64,000 bases of DNA from an uncultured Clostridia bacterium (GTDB taxonomy: Bacteria; Bacillota; Clostridia; TANB77; CAG-508), in assembly GCA_944391745.1 (NCBI GenBank), contig CALXUS010000010.1:339-64338 (forward strand). The letters run 5' to 3'. Under the pieces are notes generated by a model. That model was not told the DNA's origin. It did not search any database and was given only the letters and a program-made list of their open reading frames with translations. This document shows positions 29,104-38,787 of the stretch, piece by piece (position 1 is the stretch's first letter; every line of letters begins with the position of its first letter). Position numbers and translations under genes: made by a program.

Positions 29104-30255
29104 TTAACTATAAATTACGCTTGGATGATTTGTATATTTTAATGGATCTACTCTATAACCTTTGCTTGTTCCACCTATGTATACTTCATAATGTAAATGA
29201 GGTCCTGTTGAAATACCAGTGTTTCCTGATACTGCGATTTGTTGGCCTTTTGAAACAATTGTACCTGCTGAAACAGTATATTGTGACAAATGTCCAAATG
29301 CTGTATAATATCCATTACCATGGTCTATCATTATATAGTTACCATATCCTGATACCCATTGCGCTAAAATTACTTTACCGTCTGCTGGTGCATATACAGG
29401 AACATAACTTACACCTATATCAATAGCTCCATGGTTTGATGAAGCACCTGCTGTTGGAGCAGTTCTATTACCGAATATAGATGTTATTCTGTTATAACTA
29501 TAAGATAATGGCCATTCAAGCATACCACCACTAAAGCTACCTTCATATTTTCCAGTATTGTGAGTTGCATTGGCTATTTCTTGTTGAGCTTTATCAATAG
29601 CTGCTTCAAATTCATCTATTTTTTTCTGTAGTTCTTGTTCTTCAGCAGATAATTGACTAACTGTATTTTGTTTAGAAACTTTTGCTGCTTGTAATTCAGC
29701 ATTTTTAGCATCAGTTTGACTTTTTATGTTTTCAACTTCTGATTTAGAAGTTTCTAAATCTTGTTTTTCCTTTTCTATATCTTCTTTTTGTTGTGATACC
29801 TCACTTATAAGTTCTGTATCTTTTTCAGCTATAGTTTGAATTGCATTGTATTTAGTATACATTTCTATGTAGTTACTTGAGCCAAGTAAAACATCTAGAT
29901 ATGTTGTACCTCCACCTTTATACATGGCTACCATTCTAGTTTTTAATAAATCTTCTTTATGTTCTAGTTCTGCTTGTTTTTCAGTTATTTCCTGTTCTTT
30001 TTGGCTTATTGAAGAGTTTAAATCATCTAATTGTAATTGCAATTGAAATAATTCTGCTTCAATATCTGATATTTGTGCATTAATATTATCTAATTCATTT
30101 TCAGCATTTTCTCTTTTTTCAGATACTTGATCTTTTTGATTTTCAGCATCTTTTTTTTGTTCATTTAACTCACTTAATGATGCCGCTATACATGAATTAG
30201 TATATGCAAGAAGAATTAATATTATAGCAATAACAGAAATAATTTTTTTATTCAT
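29104..30255 (-). CDS. M23 family metallopeptidase with N-terminal coiled coil (paralog)
   Basis: 383 aa. Same architecture, with NHGAIDIG and GPHLHYEV motifs intact. Confidence 0.85.
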   Translation of the reverse strand: MNKKIISVIAIILILLAYTNSCIAASLSELNEQKKDAENQKDQVSEKRENAENELDNINAQISDIEAELFQLQLQLDDLNSSISQKEQEITEKQAELEHKEDLLKTRMVAMYKGGGTTYLDVLLGSSNYIEMYTKYNAIQTIAEKDTELISEVSQQKEDIEKEKQDLETSKSEVENIKSQTDAKNAELQAAKVSKQNTVSQLSAEEQELQKKIDEFEAAIDKAQQEIANATHNTGKYEGSFSGGMLEWPLSYSYNRITSIFGNRTAPTAGASSNHGAIDIGVSYVPVYAPADGKVILAQWVSGYGNYIMIDHGNGYYTAFGHLSQYTVSAGTIVSKGQQIAVSGNTGISTGPHLHYEVYIGGTSKGYRVDPLKYTNHPSVIYS

Positions 30256-30315
30256 AAGTTCCTCCTATTATTATTTTTTAAGTTGCTTATATTTTTATTA
30301 TTTAATCTTTTGCTA

Positions 30316-31221
30316 TTATACTTTCAAATATTTTCTCATTGAAATTGCACTTCCTAATACGCCTATGCCTACACCAAGTATTAAATATACTCCTAATACT
30401 AAATAGAACATTTCTGAGAAGCTAAGTAATCCAAATCCCATTTCTTGTAGAAGTACAGAATCACCAATGCTATTCATTACAGCATTATAAGCTATTCCTA
30501 ATATTACAAGAGTTATAATTGCTGATATAACACCTATTATAACACCTTCAACAACAAATGGTCCTCTAATAAATCCATTTGTTGCTCCTACATATTTCAT
30601 TATTGATATTTCTCTTCTTCTAGCATGTACAGTCAATTTAATTGTATATGAAATAATAAATATTGATATTATTATTAATAAAATTAAAATGATTATTGTT
30701 GTTATTTGAATACCATTTGCTAAGCTCTGTAGTCTATTAATTGTTGTATTTTCACTTTGTATCTCATCAACGTTGTCTAATGCTAGTATTTCACTTTGAA
30801 CTTGCTCATTTAGTGATAAATCTGTTAATGTTACAAAATATGATGCTGGAAATGGATTTTCTTCATCCCATCCTTCGAATAAACTTTCATCTCCTAAAGT
30901 AGTTTTCATTGAATTAAGTGCATCTTCTTTGCTAACAAATGTCGCCCTATTTACTCCTGGAATTGCCCTGATTTGGTTTCCTAAGGTTTCTATTTCTGCA
31001 TCAGTAGCATCTTCATCAATAAATATTTGTATTCCTTGTTGACTCTCGATTTGAGTTATTACACTATTTACATTTTCTCCTATAACAAAGAAAAGTCCAA
31101 AGATAAACATTGTCGCACACATTATAATTATTGATGCGCCTGTCATCTTCTTTTGTTTAAAAGTACTTTTAAAACCCTCTTTAATTAAATAACTTACTAC
31201 ATTAAACCTCATCGTATCCAC
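30316..31221 (-). CDS. ftsX: cell division permease FtsX
   Basis: About 300 aa. Four TM segments with a large first extracellular loop. Overlaps the ftsE stop (an alternative ATG is at 31212). Confidence 0.85.
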   Translation of the reverse strand: MDTMRFNVVSYLIKEGFKSTFKQKKMTGASIIIMCATMFIFGLFFVIGENVNSVITQIESQQGIQIFIDEDATDAEIETLGNQIRAIPGVNRATFVSKEDALNSMKTTLGDESLFEGWDEENPFPASYFVTLTDLSLNEQVQSEILALDNVDEIQSENTTINRLQSLANGIQITTIIILILLIIISIFIISYTIKLTVHARRREISIMKYVGATNGFIRGPFVVEGVIIGVISAIITLVILGIAYNAVMNSIGDSVLLQEMGFGLLSFSEMFYLVLGVYLILGVGIGVLGSAISMRKYLKV

Positions 31222-31882
31222 CTTTTTCGTCTCTTACAATATTTCCTTTGTCTATTCTTATAACTCTTTTATTCATTTTATCAACTATATCTTTTGCATG
31301 AGTTGCAACAACAACGGTTGTTCCTCTTAAGTTGATATCATTAAGTAGCTCCATAATGTCCCACGCAGTATTTGGGTCTAGGTTTCCTGTAGGCTCATCT
31401 GCAATAAGCATCGATGGATTATTTACTATTGCTCTTGCTAAAGCTACTCTTTGTTGCTCACCTCCAGATAATTCATTTGGATATACTTTAGCTTTATTAG
31501 CTAGTCCAACTAATGATAGTACCATTGGTACTTGTCTTCTAATATGTTTTGGTGTAGCTCTTACTACATACATTGCAAAAGCAACATTCTCATATACTGT
31601 TTTATCTGGTAGAAGTCTAAAGTCTTGGAAAACTATTCCCATACTTCTCCTTAAAAAAGGAACTCTACTAGGTTTTAAGAAAGTAGTGTCCTTTCCATTA
31701 ATGATTATATTGCCTGATGTAGGTTCTTCTTCTTTCAATATAAGTTTTATAATTGTTGATTTTCCTGAACCTGAACTACCAACTAAAAATGCAAATTCTC
31801 CTTTATTTATTTTAAAGTTTATATTATGAATTGCTTCAGTACCAGTTTCATATTTTTTGCTTACATTTCTAAACTCAATCAT
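31202..31882 (-). CDS. ftsE: cell division ATP-binding protein FtsE
   Basis: MIEFRNVSKKY..GSSGSGKST..LSGGEQQRVALARA..LIADEPTGNLD. Start placed at ATG 31882. The track's N-terminal extension covers the promoter. Confidence 0.9.
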   Translation of the reverse strand: MIEFRNVSKKYETGTEAIHNINFKINKGEFAFLVGSSGSGKSTIIKLILKEEEPTSGNIIINGKDTTFLKPSRVPFLRRSMGIVFQDFRLLPDKTVYENVAFAMYVVRATPKHIRRQVPMVLSLVGLANKAKVYPNELSGGEQQRVALARAIVNNPSMLIADEPTGNLDPNTAWDIMELLNDINLRGTTVVVATHAKDIVDKMNKRVIRIDKGNIVRDEKGGYDEV

Positions 31883-31916
31883 TTTATTCGTCCTCTTTGT
31901 AAAATAAATCACAGTA

Positions 31917-31945
31917 ATGATATCAATAATTTCGATTATTTTCAA
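31917..31945 (-). promoter_or_regulatory. candidate ftsEX promoter
   Basis: Minus strand reads TTGAAA (31945-31940), 17 nt, TGA-TATCAT (31922-31917). Confidence 0.5.
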
Positions 31946-32092
31946 TAGGTTAATATAAAAATCTTCTATTATTTTTATCCAAAAATTGAAATTTATGTTT
32001 ATTTTGTCGTTTTATATTTAATTTGTGAATTTTGTGTAAAATTTTTGAATATTTATAATAAAAGATTTTTAATTAAAATATTAAATTATTTA

Positions 32093-33157
32093 TTAACCTA
32101 CTATTGTTAATTCTTTAGATGATTTTGTCAAAACCTCAGATTCTAATCTTCCTACCCTTATTGTATCTTCTATTCTTATACCATATTGCCCTTGAAAATA
32201 TATACCTGGTTCATTTGTAACAATCATATTTTCTTTTAAGATTGTTTGTGAATTATGGCTTAAAATAGGTAACTCATGTACTTCTAAACCTACTCCATGT
32301 CCTAAAGCATGTATTAGATTATAGCTATATAGATAAAAATTGTTTTCTACATTTCTTGCTATTAATTTACAACTAGTACCTTCTCTTATTTCTTTTGTAG
32401 CATTTAACTGATTTTTTAATATGTAATTATAAAGTTTTTTCACTTCTTCTTTTGGCTCTCCTGCAAATACGGTTCTTGTCATATCTGCACAATAGCCTTT
32501 ATATTTAGCACCAAAGTCTATAGTAATTGGATCTCCTTGTTTAATTATTTTATCACTTGGTATTGCATGAGGTTTGGAAGAATTTTCTCCAGAAGCTACT
32601 ATTGTATCAAATGCAACTCCATCAGCTCCGTTTTGAATAAAAAATTTTTCAATTTCAAAAGCAATTTGTTTTTCAGTCATTCCGATTTTTATAAACTGTT
32701 TTAAGTGTTCAAAGCATAAATCCGTTATTTGACAAGCTTTTTCTATTAAAGATATTTCTTTTTCATCTTTAATCATTCTTTGCTTTTCTATTATTTTTTC
32801 AGTTTCTTCCATGTTTTTTATACGATAGATTCTGACTATGTTTTCATATTGACTATAAGTAACGTACTCTTCTTCAAACCCAACATTCTCACACTCACTA
32901 AAAAATGTTTGATTATCGATATCTGATAAATCTTTTTGATCATATATTATAAACTCATCATTTATTGTCAAAAAATTATTCACTTCTTCAATATATCTAG
33001 CATCAGTTATAAATATATTTTCTTTATCTGTTAAAAGTATTTTTCCTTCTACTGGGATGCTTAAAATGTATCTTATATTTACAGGATTAGTAATTATCAA
33101 TCCTTGTATATTTAATAATTTCATTTTTTCTCTAATACATTTAATTTTATAATTCAT
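32093..33157 (-). CDS. M24 family Xaa-Pro aminopeptidase/dipeptidase
   Basis: 354 aa. Creatinase-like N-domain plus pita-bread domain, with DFGAKYKGYCADMTRT, HGVGLEVHE and EPGIY..G..GIRIED metal ligands. Confidence 0.85.
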   Translation of the reverse strand: MNYKIKCIREKMKLLNIQGLIITNPVNIRYILSIPVEGKILLTDKENIFITDARYIEEVNNFLTINDEFIIYDQKDLSDIDNQTFFSECENVGFEEEYVTYSQYENIVRIYRIKNMEETEKIIEKQRMIKDEKEISLIEKACQITDLCFEHLKQFIKIGMTEKQIAFEIEKFFIQNGADGVAFDTIVASGENSSKPHAIPSDKIIKQGDPITIDFGAKYKGYCADMTRTVFAGEPKEEVKKLYNYILKNQLNATKEIREGTSCKLIARNVENNFYLYSYNLIHALGHGVGLEVHELPILSHNSQTILKENMIVTNEPGIYFQGQYGIRIEDTIRVGRLESEVLTKSSKELTIVG

Positions 33158-33180
33158 AAAATCACCATCCCCTTTTTACT

Positions 33181-33918
33181 TTATCCTTGATATGTTCCAA
33201 GTGTGAACACTTCTAATAATATATATAGCATTAAATATTGTGGTATAAACATTACTAAAAAAGATGATACAACAATAAAAGGTCCAAATGGAATATATTC
33301 ATTAGCTTTCTTCTTTTTGCTAATAATTAATATAATACTTATAATTGCAGCTAGTAAAAAGGAAATAACAGAGATTATAATAATATTATATGCGCCAAAA
33401 ATTAAGCCTAGCGCACCCATAAGTTTAACATCTCCAAATCCCATTGCTTCTTTTCCAGCAATAAGACCTCCGATTAGAGTTATAATTAAGAATATTCCTC
33501 CTCCTATTGCTAGTCCTAAAATATCTCTTAATAAAGCACTAAAACTAATCATTGCTCCATTAATGAAAGCAAATAACAATCCTACTTCAAACAATATTAG
33601 AGTTAATCTATTAGGAATAATTTGCTCTTTGTAATCTATTGCAAATACTGAAATTAACAATGGTGTAACTATTAAATATTTTGCTAAATCTAAGCTGAAT
33701 CCAAATAAATATAATAACGCAATATAAGCTATCGCTGTTAAAATCATAAATTTATAATTTAATTTTAAATCTTTAGTATAAATTTTATAAAAATCCTTAT
33801 TTAAAATAGGTTTATGCTCAATCATTCTTTTAGTTGCCCAGTCTAATAATTGACCAACAGCTAGTCCTAAAAGACCTATAAAAAAATAATATAATATATG
33901 AATGTCATTTATGTACAT
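33181..33918 (-). CDS. A24 family prepilin peptidase
   Basis: 245 aa polytopic protein. IDYKEQIIPN and GFGDVKLMGALG aspartyl motifs. No N-terminal Cys-rich methyltransferase region. Confidence 0.8.
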   Translation of the reverse strand: MYINDIHILYYFFIGLLGLAVGQLLDWATKRMIEHKPILNKDFYKIYTKDLKLNYKFMILTAIAYIALLYLFGFSLDLAKYLIVTPLLISVFAIDYKEQIIPNRLTLILFEVGLLFAFINGAMISFSALLRDILGLAIGGGIFLIITLIGGLIAGKEAMGFGDVKLMGALGLIFGAYNIIIISVISFLLAAIISIILIISKKKKANEYIPFGPFIVVSSFLVMFIPQYLMLYILLEVFTLGTYQG

Positions 33919-33920
33919 TT

Positions 33921-34433
33921 TTAATTTTCCTCCTTTGTAATATTATGAGAAGATACCTTCTTTAGAACTTTTTTCTCTAATTTTCTTTTTAGATTATTTA
34001 TTTTTAATTTTTCTTCACATAATGGCTCTGTTAAAATTGAAAACATTTTCATTCTATTTGTTCCTAATACATCAGTAAATAGTTGGTCTCCAACTTCAGC
34101 TATATTTTCATTGTTCTGAACTCCAAGTATATTTTTTGCTCTCTTTAATCCTATTTTAGTAGGCTTGATTGAAAAATGTACATAAGGAATTTGTAGCATT
34201 TCTGCAACTTTTTCAATTTTTTCCTTTTTAATGCTATTTGAAGCTATACAAAATTTAATTCCACTATCTTTCATTTTATCAATCCATTCTTTTATACCTT
34301 CTAGTGGTTCTTTATCTAAATTTATAATTGTATTATCTACATCTAAAATCATTGCTTGTATATTATTCTCTTTTAACATATCTATTGTTATATCAGTAAT
34401 TTTATTTACACGCATATTTGGTGCTAAAATCAT
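33921..34433 (-). CDS. YqeG family HAD-IIIA phosphatase
   Basis: 170 aa. ILDVDNTI (DxDxT), SNS, and length/layout of the YqeG type. Confidence 0.8.
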   Translation of the reverse strand: MILAPNMRVNKITDITIDMLKENNIQAMILDVDNTIINLDKEPLEGIKEWIDKMKDSGIKFCIASNSIKKEKIEKVAEMLQIPYVHFSIKPTKIGLKRAKNILGVQNNENIAEVGDQLFTDVLGTNRMKMFSILTEPLCEEKLKINNLKRKLEKKVLKKVSSHNITKEEN

Positions 34434-34501
34434 AAGTCTCTCCTCTAGGTTTATTATTGATTCGATTTTATTTTAACATAGTAAAATATATTTTTCAATA
34501 C

Positions 34502-34546
34502 AAAAAACTATGCCATTAAAATATATTTTTTAAGACATAGTTTTTT
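34502..34546 (-). terminator. tex terminator
   Basis: Minus strand reads AAAAACTATG-(23 nt)-CATAGTTTTT followed by TGTATTG. Confidence 0.55.
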
Positions 34547-34549
34547 AAT

Positions 34550-36703
34550 TTAATCTATATTTTTCATTGATAATTTTACTTTTTGTCTTTCACTGTCTAT
34601 TCCTATAACCTTCACCTTAACAATATCTCCTATTGAGACTACATCAGTAGGTCTTTTTACAAATTTATCACTTAGTTCCGAAATGTGTACTAATCCATCA
34701 TGTTTAACCCCCACATCTACAAATGCTCCAAAATCAGTAATATTTCTAACAGTTCCAGTTAAAATCATTCCTTCTTTTAGATCTTCAAATTTTAACACGT
34801 CATTTCTTAAAATAGGCTTTGGCATATCTTCTCTTGGGTCTCTACCTGGCTTAGATAATTCTTTAATTATATCTTCTAATGTCATTTCTCCTACATTAAG
34901 CTTTTTTGCTAATTCTGAAACATTTTGGCTTGCAAGAGTTTTCTTTATTTTTTCTTGCTTCTCTTTATCTAGCAAATCTTTTTTATCAAATCCTATTGAT
35001 TTAAGTAAATTTTCTGCAATTTCATAACTTTCTGGATGGACTCCTGTATTTTCTAATGGATTTTTTCCATAAGGTATACGAATAAATCCTGCACATTGTT
35101 CATAAGCAACTTTACCTAGTTTTGGTACTTTTAAAAGTTCTTTTCTTTCTTTTATAGCTCCATTTTCATCTCTATATTTAACTATATTTTTTGCAATAGT
35201 TTTGTTAATTCCTGAAACATAAGAAAGTAATGATGGTGTTGCTGTATTTACATCTACTCCAACAGTATTAACAGCATCTTCTACTACACCTTCTAAGCTT
35301 TCTGATAATTTCTTTTGATCTACGTCATGTTGATATTGTCCTATTCCTATTGCTTTAGGATCTATTTTTACAAATTCTGCTAGTGGATCTTGCAATCTTC
35401 TAGCTATTGATATAGCGCCTCTTAAAGATACATTTAAGTCTGGATATTCTTCTGATGCCAATTTAGAAGCAGAATATACTGATGCTCCAGCTTCGCTAAC
35501 TATTGTATAATACACGTCTTTATGTAAAGTTTCTTTTACTTTCTTTATAGTATTTGCAACAAAGCTTTCAGATTCTCTCGATGCAGTACCATTTCCAATG
35601 GCAATCATTTGAATATTGTCTTTAACAATTAATCTTATAAGTTCTTTTTCTGATCCTTCTATATCATTTTGTGGTTCAGTAGGATAGATGACTCCTGTAT
35701 CTAGTACTTTTCCGGTTTCATCGATTACAGCTAATTTGCATCCTGTTCTATAAGCTGGATCAAATCCTAAAACCGTAAGTCCTTTTAAAGGTGCTCCTAA
35801 TAGTAATTGTTTAGCATTTTTTCCAAATACCTCTATTGCTTGTTTATCTGCCTTTTCTGTCAAATCAGCTCTAATTTCTCTATCAACTGATGGTTCTATT
35901 AGTCTTTTGAAACTATCTTCTATAGTTTCTTTAAGTATTTGTTCATATTTATCATTTTTTATTGTTTTTCTTTCTATAAAACCTAGTATTTTATCAACTG
36001 GTTTTTCTATAGTAACTTTTAGAAATTCTTCTTTTTCCCCTCTATTTATTGCTAATATTCTATGACTCGGTATTGTGCTTATTTTTTCCTTAAAGTCATT
36101 ATACATACTATATGTAGGGTTTTCTTCTTTAGCATTTTTTGTGCAAATATATCCTTCTCTATAATATAATTTCTTAATTTGTTTTCTGTACTCTGCATCA
36201 TCTGAAATTTCTTCTGCAATTATATCTTTTGCACCTTGTATAGCTTCCTCAACAGTTTTTACATTTTCATTTAAATATTCTTTTGCTATTTCTTCAAGTG
36301 ATCTTGTTTCTTTTTGCTCTTTTATTATTTCTGCTAGAGGTTCTAATCCATTTGCCTTAGCTACAGTTGCTCTTGTTTTTTTCTTTTGCTTATAAGGTCT
36401 ATATATATCTTCTACCTCAGCTAAAGTTTTTGCAATTTCCAAATTTTTAATTATTTCTTCTGTTAATTTTCCTTGATTGTCTATTGAAGTTTTAACCTCT
36501 TCTTTTCTTTCTTCTAAATTTCTCAAGTATTTTAATCTTTCATCTAAATTTCTTAAAGTTTCATCACTTAATCCTCCAGTAACTTCTTTTCTATATCGAG
36601 CAATGAAAGGTATTGTATTTCCGCTATCTATTAATTCTATTGTTTTTTCTACCTGATAATTTTTAATATTCAATTCATTAGCAATTGTTTCTACTATATT
36701 CAT
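34550..36703 (-). CDS. tex: Tex family transcription accessory protein (S1 domain)
   Basis: 717 aa. N-terminal TIPFIARYRKE, YqgF/RuvC-like domain, HhH domain and a C-terminal S1 domain (GTVRNITDFGAFVDVG). Confidence 0.9.
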   Translation of the reverse strand: MNIVETIANELNIKNYQVEKTIELIDSGNTIPFIARYRKEVTGGLSDETLRNLDERLKYLRNLEERKEEVKTSIDNQGKLTEEIIKNLEIAKTLAEVEDIYRPYKQKKKTRATVAKANGLEPLAEIIKEQKETRSLEEIAKEYLNENVKTVEEAIQGAKDIIAEEISDDAEYRKQIKKLYYREGYICTKNAKEENPTYSMYNDFKEKISTIPSHRILAINRGEKEEFLKVTIEKPVDKILGFIERKTIKNDKYEQILKETIEDSFKRLIEPSVDREIRADLTEKADKQAIEVFGKNAKQLLLGAPLKGLTVLGFDPAYRTGCKLAVIDETGKVLDTGVIYPTEPQNDIEGSEKELIRLIVKDNIQMIAIGNGTASRESESFVANTIKKVKETLHKDVYYTIVSEAGASVYSASKLASEEYPDLNVSLRGAISIARRLQDPLAEFVKIDPKAIGIGQYQHDVDQKKLSESLEGVVEDAVNTVGVDVNTATPSLLSYVSGINKTIAKNIVKYRDENGAIKERKELLKVPKLGKVAYEQCAGFIRIPYGKNPLENTGVHPESYEIAENLLKSIGFDKKDLLDKEKQEKIKKTLASQNVSELAKKLNVGEMTLEDIIKELSKPGRDPREDMPKPILRNDVLKFEDLKEGMILTGTVRNITDFGAFVDVGVKHDGLVHISELSDKFVKRPTDVVSIGDIVKVKVIGIDSERQKVKLSMKNID

Positions 36704-36797
36704 ATTAAATCCTTTCTTTTAAATCTTAAAATAAAAATGTCTTTGCTTATTCTAACATAGTAATTTTTTATTTGCAATAATAGATTTTTAATTTAAA

Positions 36798-36837
36798 GAC
36801 GGTCCTTTTCGTAAAGTATTTTACAAAAAGAACCGTC
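36798..36837 (-). terminator. terminator of the ABC exporter operon
   Basis: GACGGTCCTTTT / AAAAGAACCGTC pairs at 11 of 12 positions and is followed on the minus strand by TTTAAATT. Confidence 0.5.
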
Positions 36838-36855
36838 ACTTTTGATAATTCAAAA

Positions 36856-38787
36856 TTATTCAATTTCAATTTTTCCAGTATATAAAGCATAGTACATGCC
36901 TTGTTTTGCCATAAGTTCTTTATGGTTTCCACGTTCTAGAATTCTTCCATGGTCTAGTACCATTATTAATTCTGAGTTTCTTATTGTAGAAAGTCTATGT
37001 GCTATAACAAATACTGTTCTACCTTTCATTAATTCATCCATACCTTTTTGTACAATTTGTTCTGTACGTGTATCAATACTTGATGTTGCTTCATCTAATA
37101 TTAATACTGGTGGATTATATAATGCTGCTCTTGCAATTGAAAGTAATTGTCTTTGACCTTGAGATAAACCTTCTCCACTTCCTGATATTACTGTGTCATA
37201 TCCATCAGGCAAGTTTCTAATGAAGTGGTCAGCATTTGCAAGTTTTGCAGCTTTTATTACATCTTCATCACTTGCATTTAAGTTAGCATATCTTATGTTG
37301 TCTTTAACTGTACCTGTAAATAAACTTGTATCTTGCAATACCATCCCAAGTGATTTTCTTAAATCCTTTTTCTTGATTTTTTTAACATTTATGCCATCAT
37401 ATCTAATTTTACCATCTTGTATATCGTAAAAACGATTTATTAAGTTTGTAATTGTTGTTTTTCCTGCACCTGTTGCACCAACAAATGATACTTTTTGACC
37501 TTCTTTAGCTTCCAAAGTGATGTCATGAAGTACCATTTTGTTTGGAGTATATCCAAAGTTTACGTTTTCAAATTCTACATGTCCACGTAATCTTGTATAA
37601 GTTACTCTTCCATCATGGTGTGGATGTTTCCAAGCCCATATACCAGTTCTTTCTTCTGTTTCAACTAATTTTCCATTTTCCATTTTTGCATTAACAAGTG
37701 TTACATAACCATCATCTACTTCTGGCTCTTCATCTATTAATGCAAAGATTCTCTCTGCACCAGCTAATGCCATTATAACAGAGTTCATTTGTTGTGAAAC
37801 CTGACTTACTGGGTTTGTAAAAGCTTTTATGTATTGTAAGAATGCTGCTATACTACCTATACTTAAAATACCATTTACTGAAAGCATACCACCAATTATT
37901 GCAACAAATACATATCCTAAGTTACCAATGTTTGCAATACATGGCATTAATACATTTGCATACATATTAGCTTGAGTACTACTGTCACATAATTCTTCAT
38001 TAAGTTCGTCAAATTTTTCTTTTGACTCTTCTTCATGATTAAATACTTTAACAACTTTTTGTCCAGACATCATTTCTTCAATGTAGCCATTTACTTTACT
38101 AATATCATCTTGTTGTTTTACGAAATATTTAGAACCGTTTCCACCTAAATATCTAGCACAGAATATCATCAATACAACCATACCTAAAACTATAAGTGTT
38201 AAGTATACATTTGTAGTAAACATTGATATTAATATACTTGCCATTGTTACAACTGATGAAAATACTTGTGGAATACTTTGGCTAATCATTTGTCTTAAAG
38301 TATCAACATCGTTTGTGTATGTACTCATTATTTCACCATGAGCATGAGTATCAAAGTATTTTATAGGTAAACTTTGCATGTGATTAAACATATCTTCACG
38401 TACTTGTCTTAAAACACCTTGTGAAATGTTTATCATAAGTCTATTATAAATATATGTAGCTGTTATACCAACTAAGTACATTACACCCATACCAACAACA
38501 GCCATAAATAAATTACTTAAATCTGGGTTTTCCTGTCCCATTAGAGGAGTGATGTAATCATCAATTAATTTTTGTAAGAATTGTATTCCCATTACATTAG
38601 CAATACTACTAACTATAATACTAATAATAACAACTACAAATTGAAATTTGTAAATTCCAGTTGCATATTTTAAAAGTCTTTTTACTGTTTTAAAATCAAC
38701 TGAGCTTGATTTTTTCTTTGCTTTTTTATTATTTTTATCAGAATTTTCTTTTACTTGTTTATTATTTAGCTTTTCTTTCTTACTCAT
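36856..38787 (-). CDS. ABC exporter half-transporter (TMD-NBD), heterodimer partner 2
   Basis: 643 aa. K-rich N-terminus, six TM segments, NBD with GATGAGKTT, LSQGQRQLLSIARA and ILDEATS. Overlaps the upstream partner by 8 nt. Confidence 0.9.
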   Translation of the reverse strand: MSKKEKLNNKQVKENSDKNNKKAKKKSSSVDFKTVKRLLKYATGIYKFQFVVVIISIIVSSIANVMGIQFLQKLIDDYITPLMGQENPDLSNLFMAVVGMGVMYLVGITATYIYNRLMINISQGVLRQVREDMFNHMQSLPIKYFDTHAHGEIMSTYTNDVDTLRQMISQSIPQVFSSVVTMASILISMFTTNVYLTLIVLGMVVLMIFCARYLGGNGSKYFVKQQDDISKVNGYIEEMMSGQKVVKVFNHEEESKEKFDELNEELCDSSTQANMYANVLMPCIANIGNLGYVFVAIIGGMLSVNGILSIGSIAAFLQYIKAFTNPVSQVSQQMNSVIMALAGAERIFALIDEEPEVDDGYVTLVNAKMENGKLVETEERTGIWAWKHPHHDGRVTYTRLRGHVEFENVNFGYTPNKMVLHDITLEAKEGQKVSFVGATGAGKTTITNLINRFYDIQDGKIRYDGINVKKIKKKDLRKSLGMVLQDTSLFTGTVKDNIRYANLNASDEDVIKAAKLANADHFIRNLPDGYDTVISGSGEGLSQGQRQLLSIARAALYNPPVLILDEATSSIDTRTEQIVQKGMDELMKGRTVFVIAHRLSTIRNSELIMVLDHGRILERGNHKELMAKQGMYYALYTGKIEIE

